This document shows, piece by piece, positions 13,335-24,100 of a stretch of DNA of 64,000 bases (positions are counted from its first letter, which is position 1; each line of letters begins with the position of its first letter). The translations under genes and the position numbers were made by a program. Source of the DNA: Nemertoderma westbladi (Eukaryota; Animalia; Xenacoelomorpha); the NCBI GenBank assembly GCA_032718475.1, contig JAUCBJ010003239.1, positions 46,859 through 110,858 of the forward strand, read 5' to 3'. The notes under the pieces were generated by a model. That model was not told where the DNA came from. It ran no database searches and saw only the letters and a program-made list of their open reading frames with translations.

Positions 13335-13600
13335 ATATATAATATTAGAATACCGGTATGCTTATAGTATATATAAGTATTATTAGTAACTAGAATTAAT
13401 TACAGAATACCGGTATGATTTCAGCCTAAATTTATATATATAATAGGCCTATCGTGAATACCAGTATACAGCTTACACTTATAATGTATATATATAAGTA
13501 TAATTACAGACTAGAATTAATTACAGAATACCAGTATAATTTTAGCCTAAATTTATAGAAATAAAGATAATAAACCTATTGTAAATACCGGTATACCAAT
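13335..13600. repeat. About 120-bp tandem duplication in the A leader, also present in C at about 40700-40960
   Basis: Two copies of CTAGAATTAATTACAGAATACCRGTAT...AGCCTAAATTTATA. Confidence 0.75.
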
Positions 13601-14777
13601 TATTTTAGAATAATTGAATTTCTGAATTTTAAGGGTTACTTGGTTACTTTAACTTACTTTATTACCGTTATTTAAGCAGTAGTCCAACTGATATTGAGAC
13701 CTAATTGTTGTATGGCAGGCCTACTATTTATAAATCGTTTGAGTTGATTTATAATATATATATACCCATTTAATGGGTTTTGTCAATGTTTGAAATAAAT
13801 GTTATTATTTCTGGGGGAGTCACCACACAATAAGCTGTGCGCTCTCAGTGGAGTGCTACTTGTTAGACACTAAAACAAATAATTATAATTTACCTAAGTT
13901 ACTTAATACTACAAATTACGTACAATTCGGGTTGAGATTACAATCTCTAAATAAACACAAAAATTTAATTACAAATACACAAATACGAATTTTTTAGGGT
14001 AATTTTACAAGAAGTCTACTAACCAGCCTAACAAAGGGTTAGAATATCTGGTTATTACAACAGACAGGTTACTACGGTATTTGAAAATAATAAGTAGTAG
14101 TAAATATACTGCGTTGTCCAGATAGGAAAATACCACCGTCTGACGACCTATAACCATATCGCTATAGGTACTACGTTATGTATCACGGAGTGTTCCTACC
14201 TAGAGATTAATTACCGCGGTCTACCAGAACCAACGTGCCTATTAACCACTTTACAACACAAATATACTGCCTACACACTAATCACCTTCGGAAAGTACTG
14301 TACACTAAACCCTAAATTAGGTACAAGTACTTGTACAACAAATAATCAGTAGTTAAAAATACTTGAACAGTTAAAAGAACCACGGTATCTGCCGGAGTGA
14401 CCAAAGCATAAAATCTCCAGTCTTTACCTACGCCGGGCAGCCCTGATGTAGTACCGGGGTTAGTTTAACTATAACGGTATGTATAACAAACACAATTACT
14501 GTAGGAATAAACTTGGGGATATGAATGTTGCGAATAATCGCATAAACTCTGAATAATAAATATTACGCTACGCATACAGACTATTCAAACAAAATGCAGA
14601 CCAAATACTGACAGACTATTATCAAGCCTAAACAAACCACGGTATATGCAGACTCCGAAATGATTAGTTAGTATGCGTTCTAACCTAGTAGTACGACTTA
14701 TTCTTTCACAGGGGGTTTACCTCACAGCACTTAAAGCCCCTACGTTCCCAACTAGCACTTTATCGGACAGATGCTCT

Positions 14778-15055
14778 TGTAGCGGCGTTATTCTCAATGA
14801 ATAAATCGAAGCGCGGGTTATTATGTATTATAATAATAATAATAGTTAGCAATGCATTGCTACTGTAAAGATATAGATATACCGGGATAGGGCCGCAGTC
14901 ATCCGTATAGCACACAGCGTGCCGGTACTGCAGTGTACGGTACCAAAAGATGATAGATGGACAGTCTGTATGTAAAACTCTACATCGTCCGTTGCTAGGC
15001 AACTAGGGACGCCACTACTGTATATCTCCTAAGTCCCGCATACAGTATCGCTACA
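14778..15055 (-). repeat. G 3' LTR, with PPT GAGGGGGGG at 15059-15067 on the minus strand
   Basis: TGTAGC...GCTACA inverted termini; direct repeat of 19129-19406. Confidence 0.96.
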
Positions 15056-15109
15056 TAACCCCCCCTCAAGTGTGGTAACACGATAAATCCCTAATAGTGG
15101 CGATGAATG

Positions 15110-18100
15110 TTAGGTGGTATATCTTTCCGGACGGCGGACCTGTCGGCCGGAACGAGTCTGAAACGTGGACGACGTCGTGGTGGGAGGTTTCGAGTGGGCC
15201 TTGGGCCTGGCGTAAGGACTGGTATGTCGTGCTGGAGTGGCTGCTACGGCAGCGTAGGAAGGCGCCGGAAGGTCGGGATCTGACGAAGATGCCGACGGTG
15301 CCGGTGGGATCGTGGGCGGCCGCGGAATGAAGGCAATCTTCAGTCTGTCGATGGAGACATGATCCAGGCGGCCATTGAGGTCAAGGAGGAAAGTTTTTGG
15401 CTCCACCTTAATGATTTTGTAGGGGCCAGCATAGGGGCGGTTGAGAGGTCCTACATGACCACCACGGCGTACATACACGTAACCTGTCGAGGCCAGGGAT
15501 GCCGGGATGTGGGAGGTTGACGGTGAGCCGTGGAAGTTTGTCGGCGGGGGAACAGCTGACTTGAGGCGTTCCTTGAGGTCGGAGACGAAAGCTGAGGTTG
15601 GAGTCTCTGTTCGCGCGGACCCAGGGCCCACGAACTCGCCAGGCACGTGGAGGGGGGTGCCATAGACGAGGTCGGCGGGTGAGCAGCCAGGGTCCTCCTT
15701 CCAAGCCGTCCTGATCCCGAGTAGGACTAGTGGGAGTTCGTCCATCCATTTCGGTCCATGTAGGCGGGCCTTGAGCGATGCCTTGAGTTGGCGATGGAGT
15801 CGCTCGATCATCCCATTCGCCTGTGGGTGGTAGGATGTAGTAGTGGAGGCCGAGATCCCGAGGAGGTTGTGAAGCTCGGCCCACAGGTGAGAGGTAAACT
15901 GCGCCCCGCGATCGGAGGTGATGTCCCCGGGTATCCCGAACCTGGCGATCCAGCCCCGTAGAAGTGCGCGGGCACACGTCTCAGCGGTGGCGTCGATAAT
16001 GGGGATGGCCTCAGGCCACCGTGTGAACCTGTCGATGATTGTGAATAGGTAGCCGTGGCCTTCCGATGGTGGAAGTGGACCAACGATGTCTACGTGGAGG
16101 CTCTCGAATCGGGCCTCAGGGGCAGGGCGACTTTCTAGTGGCGCATGGACATGGCGGCCGACCTTGGAGGCCTGGCAGGCGGCGCACTCGAGGCAGCGTC
16201 GGCGCACGTCTTTCTTCATCCCATGCCAGATAAAACGCTCGGAGATGGCGCGGATGGTGGGCTTTGGACCGACATGTGAGAGGCCATGGATGGCCTCGAA
16301 GATCCGGCCGCGCCAGCCATCCGGGACGACGGGGCGGTTCCGGCCCGTCGAGGTGTCGCACAAGACCGTGAAGTCGCGGCATGGTATGTCGGCCAGGTGG
16401 AGGCCGGAAATGGATGTCCTGTAGGCCGAGATCTCGACCGAGGCGGCTGTCTGAGCCACGGCTAGGGCGGCAAAGTCGACCTCGGGCGCGAGGAGAGCAC
16501 CGACTAGTGGGTTAGAGGCGGGTGTGCAGTCGTCGGACCGGGAAAGAGCGTCGGCGACGACGTTGGCCTTACCGGAAATGTGTCGGACGTCGGTAGAGAA
16601 TTCCGACACAAAGGCCAAGTGGCGTGTCTGGCGGGGGGAACGCTCGGCGGTGTTGGCGAATGCGAAGGTCAGAGGGCGGTGGTCAGTGTAGATAATGAAG
16701 GGCCGGCCCTCGACGAAATGTCGGAAATGGCAGATGGCCGCGAACATGGCGAGGAGCTCGCGGTCAAAAACGCTGTATTTCTTCTCGGCCGAGGACAACT
16801 TGCGGGAGAAGAAAGCGAGTGGCTGCCAGTCCTCTGAAGCCGATGCGCGCTGATCGAGGGAGGCTCCTATGGCGGTGCCGGAGGCGTCGCACGACACAGA
16901 CAGGAAGTCGGATGTCCGGGGGTGGCACAATAGAGCGGCGTCGGCGAGGGCACGCTTGGCGGCGGCGAATGCGTTGGCACACTCAGAGTTCCAAGCAAAC
17001 GCACCAGGGGTGGACTTGGTGGCCTCGTGGAGAGGGGCGAGGCATCCTGCGATGTTGGGGAGGAAACGGTGATAGTAGTTCAGCATCCCCAGAAATCGCT
17101 GTAGCCCGGCCTTGTCTGTCGGGGTGGAGAACTCTAGGACTGCTTTAACTTTGGAGAGCAGTGGCCGAACGCCGGTGGCGGACACGAGGTGGCCGAGGTA
17201 TTCGATCTCTGTCTGGCCGAACACACATTTCTTCCGCTGGACGACGAGGCCGTTGTCTGCGAGGAGGCGGAAGACATGGCGGAGGTGGTCGATGTGTTCG
17301 GCCTCGGACTTGCTGGACACGAGTATGTCATCGAGGTAGACGAAAACATATGGTATACCACGAAGGACGGCATCCATCAGCCTCTGGAAAGCCTGGGCGG
17401 CGTTCTTAAGGCCAAAAGGCATTCTCAAGAACTCCCAGAGGCCGAAGGGAGTGATAATGGCCGTCTTGGGGACGTCGCTGGCATGGACGGGGACCTGGTG
17501 GTAGCTGCGGGCGAGGTCTATCTTTGAAAATATGACATTGCCAGCCAGGCCACCGTTAAAGTCCTGGATGTGGGGGAGCGGGTAGCGGTCCCCCACTGTC
17601 GCCTCGTTCAGTCGGCGGAAATCGCCACAAGGCCGCGATCCACCGTCGGGTTTTGACACGATGTGAAGCGGAGATGCCCATGGGGAGCAAGAACGCCGGA
17701 TTATTCCGAGTTCTTCCATTTTTGCGAACTCGGCCTTCGCAACAGCCAGCTTCTCGGGGTCGAGCCGGCGGGCGCGAGCATGAAGTGGTGGTCCCTCCGT
17801 GACTATATGATGCTCGATGCCGTGCTTGTTGACATCGCCGAGTTCGAATCGGGGAATGACGACCTCCGGAAATTCGTCGATTATCCGGTCGAAAGCTGAG
17901 ATGGCGGCAAGGTGGAGGCCTGAGATACCTCCATGGAAGGACGAGGCGAAAGCGGGGAAGATAGTTCCATCGTCGAGAGATATGAGGCGGCGGTTGCGGA
18001 GGTCGATGGCCAGGTTATTTTCGGCGAAGAAATCCGCCCCGAGGATGGCCTTGGGGACGTCGGCGACAGCGAAGTCGAAAGAGAAATCCCTGGGTGTAGC

Positions 18101-18346
18101 CTTACCGAGGCGGAAGGAGAAGGAACGGTCTCCCCACGTCGAAATTGAAGAGCCGTTAGCTGCGAGAAGGGGAGGAGAGCGGGTTCGGGTTGCACGGTCG
18201 GCAGCCGAGGCCGGAATGACGGAGACCTCGGCTCCGCAGTCCACTAGGAAGGTGCAGCCAGTGCGGCTGTCCTCTACCATAATAGTTTTCTGCCCCTTCC
18301 TGGAGACGCCAACCGCAGGGACTAGCGGCCGGCGCCGGCGTTTCCC
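15110..18346 (-). CDS. G pol (protease, RT, RNase H, integrase), expressed by -1 frameshift from gag
   Basis: FLVDCGAEVS, RPCGDFRRLN, YLDD, CDAS, DRELLA, YTDH, HHCC zinc finger, HVDIVGP, SDRG, GMIERLH. The frame is uninterrupted. Confidence 0.95.
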   Translation of the reverse strand, partial: GKRRRRPLVPAVGVSRKGQKTIMVEDSRTGCTFLVDCGAEVSVIPASAADRATRTRSPPLLAANGSSISTWGDRSFSFRLGKATPRDFSFDFAVADVPKAILGADFFAENNLAIDLRNRRLISLDDGTIFPAFASSFHGGISGLHLAAISAFDRIIDEFPEVVIPRFELGDVNKHGIEHHIVTEGPPLHARARRLDPEKLAVAKAEFAKMEELGIIRRSCSPWASPLHIVSKPDGGSRPCGDFRRLNEATVGDRYPLPHIQDFNGGLAGNVIFSKIDLARSYHQVPVHASDVPKTAIITPFGLWEFLRMPFGLKNAAQAFQRLMDAVLRGIPYVFVYLDDILVSSKSEAEHIDHLRHVFRLLADNGLVVQRKKCVFGQTEIEYLGHLVSATGVRPLLSKVKAVLEFSTPTDKAGLQRFLGMLNYYHRFLPNIAGCLAPLHEATKSTPGAFAWNSECANAFAAAKRALADAALLCHPRTSDFLSVSCDASGTAIGASLDQRASASEDWQPLAFFSRKLSSAEKKYSVFDRELLAMFAAICHFRHFVEGRPFIIYTDHRPLTFAFANTAERSPRQTRHLAFVSEFSTDVRHISGKANVVADALSRSDDCTPASNPLVGALLAPEVDFAALAVAQTAASVEISAYRTSISGLHLADIPCRDFTVLCDTSTGRNRPVVPDGWRGRIFEAIHGLSHVGPKPTIRAISERFIWHGMKKDVRRRCLECAACQASKVGRHVHAPLESRPAPEARFESLHVDIVGPLPPSEGHGYLFTIIDRFTRWPEAIPIIDATAETCARALLRGWIARFGIPGDITSDRGAQFTSHLWAELHNLLGISASTTTSYHPQANGMIERLHRQLKASLKARLHGPKWMDELPLVLLGIRTAWKEDPGCSPADLVYGTPLHVPGEFVGPGSARTETPTSAFVSDLKERLKSAVPPPTNFHGSPSTSHIPASLASTGYVYVRRGGHVGPLNRPYAGPYKIIKVEPKTFLLDLNGRLDHVSIDRLKIAFIPRPPTIPPAPSASSSDPDLPAPSYAAVAATPARHTSPYARPKAHSKPPTTTSSTFQTRSGRQVRRPERYTT
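18305..18346 (-). promoter_or_regulatory. -1 ribosomal frameshift signal: G GGA AAC plus downstream hairpin
   Basis: Heptamer at 18340-18346 is in the gag frame. It is followed by GGCGCCGGCCGC-TAGTCCCT-GCGGTTGGCGTC (12-bp stem including GU pairs). pol lies in the -1 frame. Confidence 0.85.
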
Positions 18347-19086
18347 GGCGGTTTGGAGGGGCCGGAACGTTTGACGAGGGAGGCTAGCGGGCATCGGCCG
18401 TGTTCGCAGTTGCGAGCAGAATCCCCGAACCGGCTGTGGTAGTAACAGAGTTCCTGAGACGATGACGAGGAACGTGGTGCTCCGGGGCGGCGGACAGCGG
18501 AGACGCCTGACACTGGGTTCGAGGCCTCCATGATGCGGTCTGCGTCTTTGGCCAACTCCTCGATGTTCATTTTGTTCGAACCGGCAAGGACGCGTCGCAC
18601 CTCCACTGGGAGAAGCTGAAAGTATAACGCCCGAAGGAGTGTCTCGGGGTCGGCGTTCAGGCCCTGGATGTGCCGGAGGAGAGCGGTTGGGCGGCGGTCC
18701 CCGATGCCGGAGAGACGGAGAAGTTCGGCATCCTTCGAGGCCTGAGTGCGGCCGAAGGCTTCCGTGAGGGCCTTCTTGAGGGTAGGGTAGGCATCGGTGG
18801 TGGGTGGTTCCATGACGATTTTCCGGACCTCGGCGGCAGTGGCATTATCAAGTGCAGAGACGATGTAGTGAAACTTCGTCTTGTCTGCAGTAATGTTTCG
18901 AATGTCAAATTGTGCCTCCACTTGAGTGAACCACAAGTCTGGGTCGTTGGTCCAGAAGGTGGGGAGCTTGAGGGAGACTGCAGATACAGCGGCGGCCGGG
19001 GCGGCTGCGGCGGCAGCCGCTGGAGCCACGTTGAGGCCTTGAATGGCCTCGGCCAAAGCCTGGATGTCGGCAGCTTCAAGGGGCAT
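18322..19086 (-). CDS. G gag (254 aa)
   Basis: ATG at 19086 just after the PBS. LPTFWTNDPDLWFTQVEAQF and CYYHSRFGDSARNCEHGRC (CHCC knuckle). Confidence 0.92.
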   Translation of the reverse strand: MPLEAADIQALAEAIQGLNVAPAAAAAAAPAAAVSAVSLKLPTFWTNDPDLWFTQVEAQFDIRNITADKTKFHYIVSALDNATAAEVRKIVMEPPTTDAYPTLKKALTEAFGRTQASKDAELLRLSGIGDRRPTALLRHIQGLNADPETLLRALYFQLLPVEVRRVLAGSNKMNIEELAKDADRIMEASNPVSGVSAVRRPGAPRSSSSSQELCYYHSRFGDSARNCEHGRCPLASLVKRSGPSKPPGNAGAGR

Positions 19087-19117
19087 GGTATGATGAGGTC
19101 GGAAGTTTGCGAGTGCC

Positions 19118-19126
19118 GGGTCACCA
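19118..19126 (-). promoter_or_regulatory. G primer-binding site, tRNA-Trp-like
   Basis: TGGTGACCC two nt after the 5' LTR. Confidence 0.8.
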
Positions 19127-19128
19127 AA

Positions 19129-19406
19129 TGTAGCGGCGTTATTCTCAATGAATAAATCGAAGCGCGGGTTATTATGTATTATAATAATAATAATAGTTAG
19201 CAATGCATTGCTACTGTAAAGATATAGATATACCGGGATAGGGCCGCAGTCATCCGTATAGCACACAGCGTGCCGGTACTGCAGTGTACAGTACCAAAAG
19301 ATGATAGATGGACAGTCTGTATGTAAAACTCTACATCGTCCGTTGCTAGGCAACTAGGGACGCCACTACTGTATATCTCCTAAGTCCCGCATACAGTATC
19401 GCTACA
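19129..19406 (-). repeat. G 5' LTR
   Basis: Direct repeat of 14778-15055 at offset 4351. Confidence 0.96.
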
Positions 19407-19485
19407 CTCTACACACACCGAAATTTCCTCAAACCCAACAACAGCCAGACAACTATCCAGCCTACAAATTATCTAAATAAAATTA

Positions 19486-19765
19486 TACGCTACCCGTACA
19501 GACTACACAAACAAAGTACAGACCAAACGATGGCAGACTACTATCAAGCCCAAATACACTACAGTATATGCAGACTCCGAAATGATTAGTTAGTATGCGT
19601 TCTAACCCAGTAGTACGACTTATTCTTTCACAGGGGGTTTACCTCACAGCACTTGAAGCCCCTACTTTCCTAACTAGCACTTTATCGGACAGATGCTCTA
19701 CACACACTGCAATCCGTTCAGACTTAACAACAGTTAGACAACAGTCAAGCCTACAAATAATCTGT
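19486..19765. repeat. Second copy of an about 290-bp tandem duplication in the A leader; the first copy (about 14564-14777 plus 19411-19480) is split by G
   Basis: Shared GCAGACTCCGAAATGATTAGTTAG...GGACAGATGCTCTACACAC. This copy shows the empty G site with a single CTCT. Confidence 0.88.
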
Positions 19766-20032
19766 ACAATCTGAGCAGGCTTACACACCTTCTGCTCAAT
19801 ACTGGCCTACAAATAAATAAAACTGACAGAAATAAGTAAGCTCCAAAAGAAACAAGGGGTGTACAGTCCCTAATCTCTTAAACAGCCTACCGGTATACAA
19901 TACCACAATCGAATAATACTGCTGTACCTGTACTGCTGTAGGTACCGGTCCGGATGATCAGGCAGTCAGGCCTACTGGTTACCAGGCGACCGGTACTTTC
20001 GACTTGATTGCTTACACCGCAATCTAGAAGCA

Positions 20033-20043
20033 ATATCTGTTAT
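20033..20043 (-). promoter_or_regulatory. Candidate non-tRNA (self-priming) PBS of A: ATAACAGATAT
   Basis: Abuts the LTR end and is the exact reverse complement of 20735-20745 inside the same LTR. Confidence 0.6.
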
Positions 20044-21178
20044 TGTTTGCACTTTTAAGACCTTTGACAGTTTAACCTGCCAAATTAGGATGTCTTTTAG
20101 ATGATAGATAGTCTTTAGCCTATGACGAGTATTTGATACACTACATTAGCCGAAGCCAGTCTATGCGCAATCATTCACCCGCTGGATATACCCGGGAGAC
20201 TGAATTCGGAAGCTTAATGATTGATGGTGTAAGCCTACTGTATTATTCGACTGATCGCAATATATAATCTCTGACAAATATTATTCACTTTCGGGAAATA
20301 TTAACAGTTCCTTTAGGACGTGGCGCTCTAAATATGTAAACAGAGTTATGACTTAAACCAGACGCAATGAGATGGCTATAGATTCACGTATATGGCGCAT
20401 TCTTTAGGAGATGCTTTGTTATCAGTCACAATCATACACAATGCTGCACAATGCTGCACACCAATCTGCCGACCTTCACTAATTTTAGTCACATACAAAG
20501 AGAATAACAGACAATACATGTAGGGCCTATAAAATAGCATTAGATTCACTTCACACCACTTAACATAAGTCGCAATCGTTTATATGTAACCGGTCTCTCT
20601 AACCTTTAGTATATCAAGAAGATTGGGGTGTCTGACTATTGATCAGTATTCCAAATATAATCTTCCATCAACAAATATAATGAATAACCGACAGCAAAAG
20701 CAGTAATGTTAAGTAAGATATGCATGATGTTTAGATAACAGATATACGTTCTATAATTAAGCCTACTAATGTTAAGCTAAAGTCTGAAACACGGAGGTGC
20801 CAAAAGCTGGTGTTCTTAGGCTCTGGGCAAAAACATAACACTGAATTCATGAGTTTCTGTATCCAACCTCCAACACAGAGTCAAAAAACGCTCTGATTGG
20901 TCGACCGTACAAAGAGAGAACAAAGAACAAAGAAATGTTCGACGTGGCAATATCAGCTGTTAGCCGTCGTCATGGTAGCGACACTGTTTTCAAGAGGATC
21001 CAGCTTATTGCGTCACGAGATTGCGGATTATGTCCTCTAAAGTACAAATACAGAAGAAATGACTTTTATGTCCTCTAAAACACCAGTACAGTAAGGACAC
21101 GGCCTTTTTATGCCTGGTAAACCAACTACAGAGTACTTTACGGGAAAATTACCGGTTAATTACGCAAAAGCTTTTACA
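20044..21178 (-). repeat. A 5' LTR (1135 bp)
   Basis: TGTAAAAGC...GCAAACA on the minus strand. Homologous to 31650-33548 and 37902-39181. The end is fixed by where homology with B stops. Confidence 0.88.
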
Positions 21179-24100
21179 GTCAGGTAAGTGATTCCGAACT
21201 ACATGTCCAATTCAGTGATGTGAACGACACTGACCAAAGTTCTGAGATGGAAGGATTCTATACAGATGAATTCTCCGACGAAGATGAATCCTGTTACATG
21301 ATAAATACCGCAGTGTATCGAGCACTTATGTATGAAAAAGACACAGACAGCGACCTCACCCTAACTACTTCTGAGCGACAACCATCTTGGAAAGTGCCAC
21401 CTTCCAATGTAGGAATCCGAGAATTTCCTGTAGTACAGGTAAGGGTCCACGGACCTAAAAGGAGTTATGTAGTGAACGCCCTCCTTGACTCCGGTAGTAC
21501 AGGAACATTCATCAACAAAGAACTAGCCGAAGACATCTTTGCTGGACAACCCAAGTTCCGAACTAAGCTAAACATGTCAGGAATTATGCAGGTTTGGAAA
21601 TCTACAGTAATAGCGGTTTATTATGTAGGTGCGTTGTCCACCCCCCAGGATGAACTAGGAGAACATAGTATAAGGTCAGTAAAAATGGTGGCGATAAAGA
21701 ACTTCGCTACCACCCAAGTGGAACCTTATAACTGGGATGAGGACGTTTTCACCCAGCAGCTGGAAATACCTAGATTCAACACCGATTACCCTGGAGTGCA
21801 AATACTCATCGGTCAAAACGCGCATGAAAAGCTCGAGACATTGGAGAAACGGCCCGCTCAACCGCAACCACTACAAGCTTATGCGGGAAGAACTAGAGTG
21901 GGTTGGTACTTTACTGGCCCTTCCCGTAGAACTCTCATGGAAAGATTACCGAAAGACCAGGTATATCAAGTAAGAGAATGGGAAGTCGAGGGCAGTGAGT
22001 TAGACGATCCAACTGAGGGAACACCATACTCCTCAGATAATGACGATGTCCACCAACTTTTCGACGAGGAGAATACCATCGATATCCTTAAGGAAAACGA
22101 GACTTGGTAAAACCAAGTGAACTTATGTCAGCTCCTTCTTCCATCAGAACGAGACGACTATAACGACGAGCTTAATGACGTCATTGAACGTTATAATGCC
22201 AAGACTCGGGATGAACACGCCGTACGATTCTTTACTCAAGAGGCTGTAGAGCCCAATTCCTACGATAAGGCCCTATCGGTAGAGGAAGAAAGAGCCAAGC
22301 AGATCCAAGAGACAACTACACGTTTTCTTAAAGATCAAGGTAGATATGAGATCGGTCTACCTTTCCGAAAGCGAGAACCAAAGTTTGTAAACAACAGACC
22401 CTTGGCGGAGAAAAGAATTGCTCAACTACATCGACGCCTTACGGCAAATTCTTCAGCTAAAGAAATGTATCAAACGCAGTTGAAGAAATTTATTAGCAAG
22501 GGATATGCGGAGCTAGTACCGGAAGAAACACCTATAACTGAGAGAACGTATTATTTAACTCACCATTACGTTCCCAAACCCGGTAAACCCCATGAGGTAC
22601 GAGTGGTGTTTGACGGCTCCGCCCTCTATATGGGCCAATCCCTTAATTCCGAATTGTTACCCGGACCCAACTTACTCCAATCCTTGTTGGGAATACTCTT
22701 AAGATTAAGACAATATTCAATTGCTTTCGCCTCAGATATAGAAGGCATGTTCTTACAAGTCAAGGCGCTGGATAGGGATCGAGATAGCCTACGATTTCTG
22801 TGGTGGCCTGAAGGAGACCTCAACCAGAAACCGGTGGAGTACTGGATGACCATCCAGGCTTTTGGGATAATCTCAAGCCCTTCAAACGCCTGTTCAGTGG
22901 TGCGCACCACTGCGGATGACAACCGAGAAGCCTTCTCTAAAGAGGTGATTGACAACATCAAGCGGGATATATACATGGACGATAATCTAAAGTCCCTTCC
23001 ATCAGTTGAAGAAGCCATTGACGTCGCTAAAGGAACGGTAGAGTGCTTAAAAAGAGGTGGATTTCGATTAACTAAATTCACCAGCAACTCCCGTGAGTTT
23101 CTGGAGTCGATCCCGGTAGAAGATCGAGGAGCGAAAGACCTAGATCTAATAAAAGATGATCTCCCAGAAACTAAGACCCTTGGTTTGAAATGGGACACAG
23201 AAAGAGATATCCTGTTTTTCCAACTAAAACAGCGAGATAATCCAGTTCGGACTAAACGGATTTGTTTAAGTATCCGGAGCACTTATTTCGATCCATTGGG
23301 TTTTATTAGCCCAGTTATATTGATTGCTCGGAGTTTAGTACAACAAATGTGGCTTGAATCCACTCATGGGACGATCCACTTAAGGGAGAATTATTAAAGA
23401 AGTGGATGAAATGGGAAGATTCTCTACCAGCCATCGAGAACTTTATAATTTCCCGTTCATATTTTGGTCATGTTCTCCCTACGTATTCCTATCAACTCCA
23501 TGTGTTTGGAGACGCCAGCGATATGGGAATAGGTATAGTAGCCTACCTAAGGGTGGAAACTCCGGACGGAATCAAAGTCGCCTTGGTTACCTCTAAGGCA
23601 TTGATAAACAACAAGTTGAAAGTTCCTCGAGCGGAGTTAAAAGCGGCTCTATACGCTACAGCCATCGGCCGGAATGTAACAGAACAGATCGACTATCCAC
23701 TGGAGAAAACTGTCTATTGGACCGACGCTTTACTCGTGTTGGAGTATATAACCAATGAAGTCTGTCAGTTCAGCGTCTTCGTTACCAACAGAGAAGCCAT
23801 TATACTCAGTCGCACAACGATAGATCAATGGAGACATTGCCCCGGAACGATTAATCCAGCAGACATCGCCTCCAGGGGAGCAACTCCACAAGAACTGGTA
23901 GATACTCCAGACTGGTTAGGTGGACCCGACTTCCTCTACAAAGAAGAAGAAGAATGGCCTCCTCATCTTACTACCACAGAGTTTAGACAGGCCAAGGGAG
24001 CGGAGAAAGTCAAACCTAAAACTCGGGCGAGTAAATCAAAGTTATTCAAACCCATGGTAGATCTGTCTGTACTACATACTTCCGGAGACGACGCTTTGGA

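Larger units (their letters stand above)
14778..19406 (-). mobile_element. Complete Ty3/Gypsy element G, CsRn1-like clade (4629 bp)
   Basis: 278-bp LTRs at 14778-15055 and 19129-19406 (one mismatch seen), 4-bp TSD CTCT (14774-14777, 19407-19410), tRNA-Trp-like PBS, CHCC Gag motif, PR-RT-RH-IN order. Confidence 0.96.
1..21178 (-). mobile_element. Bel/Pao element A: internally deleted member of the A/B/C family, inserted antisense into gag-pol of B; 3' end lies left of the window
   Basis: 5' LTR at 20044-21178, long leader, Gag-PR ORF 8537-13216. Segments 7493-8536 and 17-376 are the reverse complement of the B spacer 25770-27180. B coding sequence (SQVSDSELHVQF) resumes at 21179. Confidence 0.88.

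Noticed and set aside
15097-19155. Many overlapping short ORFs within G
   Set aside because: Expected from high GC content, with no independent motifs.
19087-19353. N-terminal 89 aa of the 343-aa gag ORF
   Set aside because: It runs through the LTR and PBS from a non-ATG start. The plausible start is the ATG at 19086.
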